Below, piece by piece: positions 59,226 through 64,000 of a stretch of 64,000 nucleotides of DNA; positions within the stretch are counted from its first letter, which is position 1, and each line of letters starts with the position of its first letter. The notes beneath the pieces are model-generated. The model ran no database searches and was not told the DNA's origin. It saw only the letters and a list, made by a program, of their open reading frames with translations. The stretch lies in contig CAVTET010000001.1 in assembly GCA_963733675.1 (NCBI GenBank), positions 1,056,001-1,120,000 of the forward strand, in the 5' to 3' direction. This DNA is from an uncultured Methanosarcinaceae archaeon (lineage in GTDB: Archaea; Halobacteriota; Methanosarcinia; Methanosarcinales; Methanosarcinaceae). The translations under genes and the position numbers were made by a program.

Positions 59226-59339
59226 ATGGATACTGCTACTGCTACATCCTGGATTGATGTATTAATAAGTATTATTGTTGTTTGTGGTCTATTTGGTGTT
59301 CTTGCTAATATTGTTTATTTTTATAATCAAGGGCATTAA
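59226..59339 (+). CDS. Putative 37-aa single-pass membrane peptide
   Basis: TTATATAT at ~59182, GAGGT at 59212; MDTATATSWIDVLISIIVVCGLFGVLANIVYFYNQGH*. Confidence 0.45.
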   Translation: MDTATATSWIDVLISIIVVCGLFGVLANIVYFYNQGH

Positions 59340-60055
59340 GATTTTCCAAAATAAATACTTAAACAGAGAATTACAATTGCAACAGCAAGGATAAGTTACT
59401 GGAAGTTGTAAACAAAAGAGTTCTTATCAAATGTAAACAACAAAGTAGATGAATCCATTTTATGTATATAGGCAATAGCTATGGGAGCAACTTGATAGTG
59501 TTTGCCGTATAATAAGTCTTTTAATTCATCTAATATTAGCCAAGTGTTTTCTGTCTAAATGTTATACTGTAACACTTGGTTAATGTATTAATTTGAATCA
59601 GATTTTTATGATATTATCATCTCATAATTTGGCAAGGTATAAATCTTGAATATGTATAACTTGCTGATAAAATTCGCTAACCACTTTCGTTTTTCACTTA
59701 ACAATACGTATCTCGGCCAAACAGATCGGGACATATTCATGAGTTGTTAAAAATAGTAAACATAAGACTATCTACACATTTTTTCAAAAAAGAGAGCTAT
59801 AAGACATTTCGCAGATGTATACATATGCAGAATTTGTTCGGCTATTTGTTATCACTATGATTCATTGAAGATTAGTAGGATTTCATAAAGCCTAAATTTC
59901 ATTATATGCGCACAAATGGTATATTAATAGCTCTTGAAAATCAGATGTTTATCGAAATCCTCAAAATTTACTTTTGAGATGATACATGAATGAGGCAGAG
60001 GCATCTAAACAAATTGCATAAATATTCAAAATTAATTTCAATGATTTATTAAAAC

Positions 60056-61335
60056 TTATAATAAGCTATGTATATAATATATGCTTGTATCCCCGTTCGA
60101 ATATAATCTATCAACTGAAACATCTTCCTCCAGTTTTTTAAAATCTTTTTGATGAAATCTTCCAACAACATTCCAGACAGTTTCATAAATCATTTTGTCA
60201 AACATTGTCATCATGAAATATTCGTTCTGAGTATAAGAATTCCCAAGATTATTTGATAGAGTATAATTAAAATGATCCTTAATGTTTGCCTCTTTATAAG
60301 AAAATCCAAACAATTTTCCAGCTTCAACATGGCCCAACGAACCTGCTAAAAATCTATATACTGGACTCATTATATAAACACTATTGATAGCAGAATTTTT
60401 GAAATTTAAGAGCCATTTAGCCCCATTCATATCCATTTGTGTAATTTATAATCACACAAACTATTGGTGCAAGATTAAACTTATGAATTATCATTTTTCT
60501 AGTAATAATGTATGATAACACAAAACCAGCGAATATCGGAGTGAAGATTAATAAATATGCTTGCAACCTATCTGAACCCATTGCTTGTAGACCTGGAATA
60601 ATATTAAACAAATAAAATGTGTACATTAGTCCAATAAACAATGTGATATTCAGTAATATTATCAAATTTTTATTGTTTTTTCTATAATTGGAATATTTCA
60701 ATAATAATACAAAGCTAAGGAAAAAAATATTAAAAAGATAAAATGCTGACCCATAAGTTTAATAAATAATTCTAGAAACTCTAATTTAGTCAAACTCAAT
60801 TTACCAACTGTGCTACTCATCGAAGAAATTACATTTGTACTTGAACCTGCGATAATAGAATAATACATCATTTTTATATTTAGATTAAACTTTTGGAATG
60901 ATAGTATCCAAGGAAGAAATATAGCTGTTTCAAGTAAGATAGGTGTCAATGGGAAAGAAGACGTAATTAATAAAATCTTTTTATTTTCAAATATAGGAAT
61001 CAAAAATTCAATTGATCCAATAACAACTAGCATTAATATTAATACCACTGTGGATAGCGGATGGAAAAAAGGATACAATATTAATGTAATTAGAAATAAT
61101 ATCGTATATTTCATAGAGTATTTTTTTGTTAGTGATTTAAAATAGAAGAATAACACAATAGGCAAATATAAAAGAGACCAGCCATTTGGCATAAGATAGA
61201 CATCGTAGCCACTAAAAAACACACAAGCAATTGAAGTAACAGCTAAAATTTGTTCTTTTTTGTAACTAATGAAGAAGTTGCCAATAAATAGATAGATATT
61301 ACATAGAAAACTGAAATTAAGGCAGTACTATGGTT
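60056..61335 (-). pseudogene. Polytopic membrane protein (glycosylation-locus type), frameshifted and 5'-truncated by IS6
   Basis: Three abutting hydrophobic ORFs; YPFFHPL and DRLYSNGDTSIY motifs; cut at an IS6 TIR at 61336. Confidence 0.7.
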
Positions 61336-61482
61336 GGTTCCGTTGCAAAAAATTCAAAAAAATATGTAAATCTATAGGTAATGAATAAAAATCAGAATAT
61401 TCAAAGAAAATGCACTAACATTATAAAACTATACCAAACAATTGATTAATGTATTTGACTTCATTAAGAACAGAGTAATTTA
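61336..61482 (-). mobile_element. IS6 right-end fragment, cut by the adjacent IS6
   Basis: TIR at 61336 plus the transposase 3' end, ending abruptly at the next TIR (61483). Confidence 0.9.
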
Positions 61483-62324
61483 GGTTCCGTTGCAAAAACT
61501 TCAACAAAATATGTAAATCTATAAATAATGAATAAAAATCAAAACATTCAAGGAAAATGTACTAACATTATAAAACTATACCAAATAATTGATTAATGTA
61601 TTTGACTTCATTAAGAACAGAGTAATTTAGATCGATTACTTGTCCTTTTTTGATCATATTTATAGCTTCAATTCCTTTTAAAGTCTTATTAACAGATCGA
61701 AAAGACTGAAATCCTAACATTGGATTAACGATTCTCTTTATAGATCTGTGATCTTGTTCTATAATGTTATTCAAATACTTGAGCTTTTTTAAACAAGTTC
61801 TTCTCATTTTTCAGTTCATCTATAGCAGGTGGATAAGCTGGATTCTTATCAACGGTTATTAATCTTGGAATTTGATTATGATTAGAACTTAAAGCTTTCT
61901 TAAAGAATCTCTTCGCTGCCTTTCTATCTCGTTTTGAACTTAACATGAAATCAATTGTGCCTCCATCCGAGTCAACTGCTCGGTAAAGATATTTCAATTT
62001 ACCTTTTACTTTGATATAGTTTTAATCAACCCCCCATGAATCATTTGTTGGTCTTAAATGCCTTCTTATCCTCTTTTCTATCTCAGGTGAATATTGATGT
62101 ACCCATCTCATGATTTTTGTATGGTCGACTTTTATTCCTCTTTCTATCATCATTTTCTTTAAATTTCTATAGCTCAATGGATATTTTAAGTACCATCTTA
62201 CTGTTTGCAGAATGATCTCGCCTACAAATTGTTTCCATTTAAAGGCATTTAATGGCATATTATATACTCTTAAAATTATATTTATTTCATAGTATCGATC
62301 TCATATTTTTTTTGCAACGGAACC
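61483..62324 (-). mobile_element. IS6-family element (variant left end), transposase pseudogene
   Basis: Both TIRs; MPLNAFKWKQF start; WGVD* stop and internal deletion. Confidence 0.95.
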
Positions 62325-62831
62325 TTCCTTTCTACCGGAGGGAAAGTTGAGAACTCAAAATACCTGCAAAACTCACTTATTAGGCTGAAAGTTCTACAAA
62401 AAAGAGTAAGTAGAAAAGTTAAGGATTCGAAAAATAAGAATAAAGCAAAACTGCATCTGTCTAAACTCCATGAAAAAATAAGCAATCAGAGAAACGATTT
62501 CCAGCATAAAATTTTATTTAGAATAATTAACGAGAACCAAGCTATTGCGCTGGAAACTTTGAATGTTAAAGGGATGCAAAAGAATCAGTGTTTAGCACAG
62601 GTTATAGGATATTCTGCTTGAAGTAGTTTTGTAGCAAAGTTGGAATATAAGGGCGAATGGTTAGGAAAAATTATTCTTCGAATAGGACAGTTTAAACCAT
62701 TTTCTAAACTTTGTAATGTTTGCGGATTCCATAATTCGAATCTAACCTTGAAAGATAGAGAATGGATATGTACCGATTGCAAGACAAAGCATGGTAGATA
62801 TATAAACGCAGCAATCAATATCAATAAATTC
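62325..62831 (+). pseudogene. tnpB: Internal fragment of IS200/IS605 TnpB
   Basis: KLHEKISNQRNDFQHK, IALETLNVKGM, SKLCNVCG, REWICTDC, INAAINI; one TGA; both ends cut by IS6. Confidence 0.88.
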
Positions 62832-63672
62832 GGTTCCGTTGCAAAAAATCCTTTCTAATGATACAATAGAATAAAAAGAAAACCAAAGATAGTAACATGC
62901 TATCTAATTCCTTTAAATGGAAACAATTTGTAGGCGAGATCATTCTGCAAACAGTAAGATGGTACTTAAAATATCCATTGAGCTATAGAAATTTAAAGAA
63001 AATGATGATAGAAAGAGGAATAAAAGTCGACCATACAAAAATCATGAGATGGGTACATCAATATTCACCTGAGATAGAAAAGAGGATAAGAAGGCATTTA
63101 AGACCAACAAATGATTCATGGGGGGTTGATTAAAACTATATCAAAGTAAAAGGTAAATTGAAATATCTTTACCGAGCAGTTGACTCGGATGGAGGCACAA
63201 TTGATTTCATGTTAAGTTCAAAACGAGATAGAAAGGCAGCGAAGAGATTCTTTAAGAAAGCTTTAAGTTCTAATCATAATCAAATTCCAAGATTAATAAC
63301 CGTTGATAAGAATCCAGCTTATCCACCTGCTATAGATGAACTGAAAAATGAGAAGAACTTGTTTAAAAAAGCTCAAGTATTTGAATAACATTATAGAACA
63401 AGATCACAGATCTATAAAGAGAATCGTTAATCTAATGTTAGGATTTCAGTCTTTTCGATCTGTTAATAAGACTTTAAAAGGAATTGAAGCTATAAATATG
63501 ATCAAAAAAGGACAAGTAATCGATCTAAATTACTCTGTTCTTAATGAAGTCAAATACATTAATCACTTGTTTGGTATAGCTTTATAATGTTAGTACATTT
63601 TCCTTGAATATTTTGATTTTTATTCATTATTTATAGATTTACATATTTTGTTGAAGTTTTTGCAACGGAACC
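62832..63672 (+). mobile_element. IS6-family element, transposase pseudogene (mosaic)
   Basis: Both TIRs; 5' end like the 45155 copy, body and lesions like the 61483 copy. Confidence 0.95.
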
Positions 63673-64000
63673 AATATTTCTTTGCTTTGCAGTGTATCTC
63701 TCTGGCTCTGTGTATTCGATGAGTTTTCCATCTTCAAGTACGGATATCGAGCCATGCCCACAGAAGATCAAGCATTTTTTCCCCTTTCCTGTGAGCCTTT
63801 CATCGATTTCGGAGATAAGGGAATGAAGGGCATTTCGCTCTTCCCGAGCAAGCTTACTGTCAACATTTACAGAGGTCATAAGGTAATCAGCGAGCAAGTT
63901 ATATTCCGTCCTATCAGAGCTCAAACTTTTAAAATTGATGATAGCATCCTCAGGGAAAATCAACCCCTCTTCAGGGCAAAGATAGAAAACTTCCCCATGC
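63673..64000 (-). pseudogene. Unidentified gene interrupted by IS6 (runs off the window edge)
   Basis: Higher-GC open frame ...LIFPEDAIINF...YTAKQRNI running straight into the IS6 TIR. Confidence 0.55.

Noticed and set aside
62325-62831. Functional TnpB/OMEGA system
   Set aside because: Internal fragment only, with a stop codon, an altered RuvC-III region and no 3' end for an omegaRNA.

Overview
AT-rich archaeal chromosome window, almost certainly Methanosarcina (MC1 chromatin protein, stand-alone NifB, archaeal proS/ZPR1/sepF/PUA block, N-type ATPase operon). It is heavily eroded: six full-length-sized IS6 copies plus a fragment and an IS6-derived MITE, remnants of IS5, IS110, IS256, IS630 and TnpB, and many pseudogenes. 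Two structures stand out. (1) About 10.2-17.4 kb is an integrated element with the layout of a phage-satellite (PICI-like) island. It has a tyrosine integrase, a divergent regulator pair with a palindromic operator array, a conserved hypothetical gene, a family A DNA polymerase (3'-5' exonuclease plus polymerase, now disrupted), an iteron-like repeat cluster, a winged-helix protein and a terminase-small-subunit-like gene. No primase, helicase or capsid gene is visible. (2) In the N-ATPase operon atpDCQRBEFAG, a 5.8-kb front part lies between two perfect 484-bp inverted repeats within atpA sequence. Inversion would swap in an alternative alpha C-terminus and a second, now defective, gamma gene. 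Also seen are a candidate C-rich-loop sRNA, an IS6 transposase broken only by one amber codon, several dispersed non-coding repeat families and unannotated small secreted or membrane peptides. All calls come from reading the sequence; no database searches were run.
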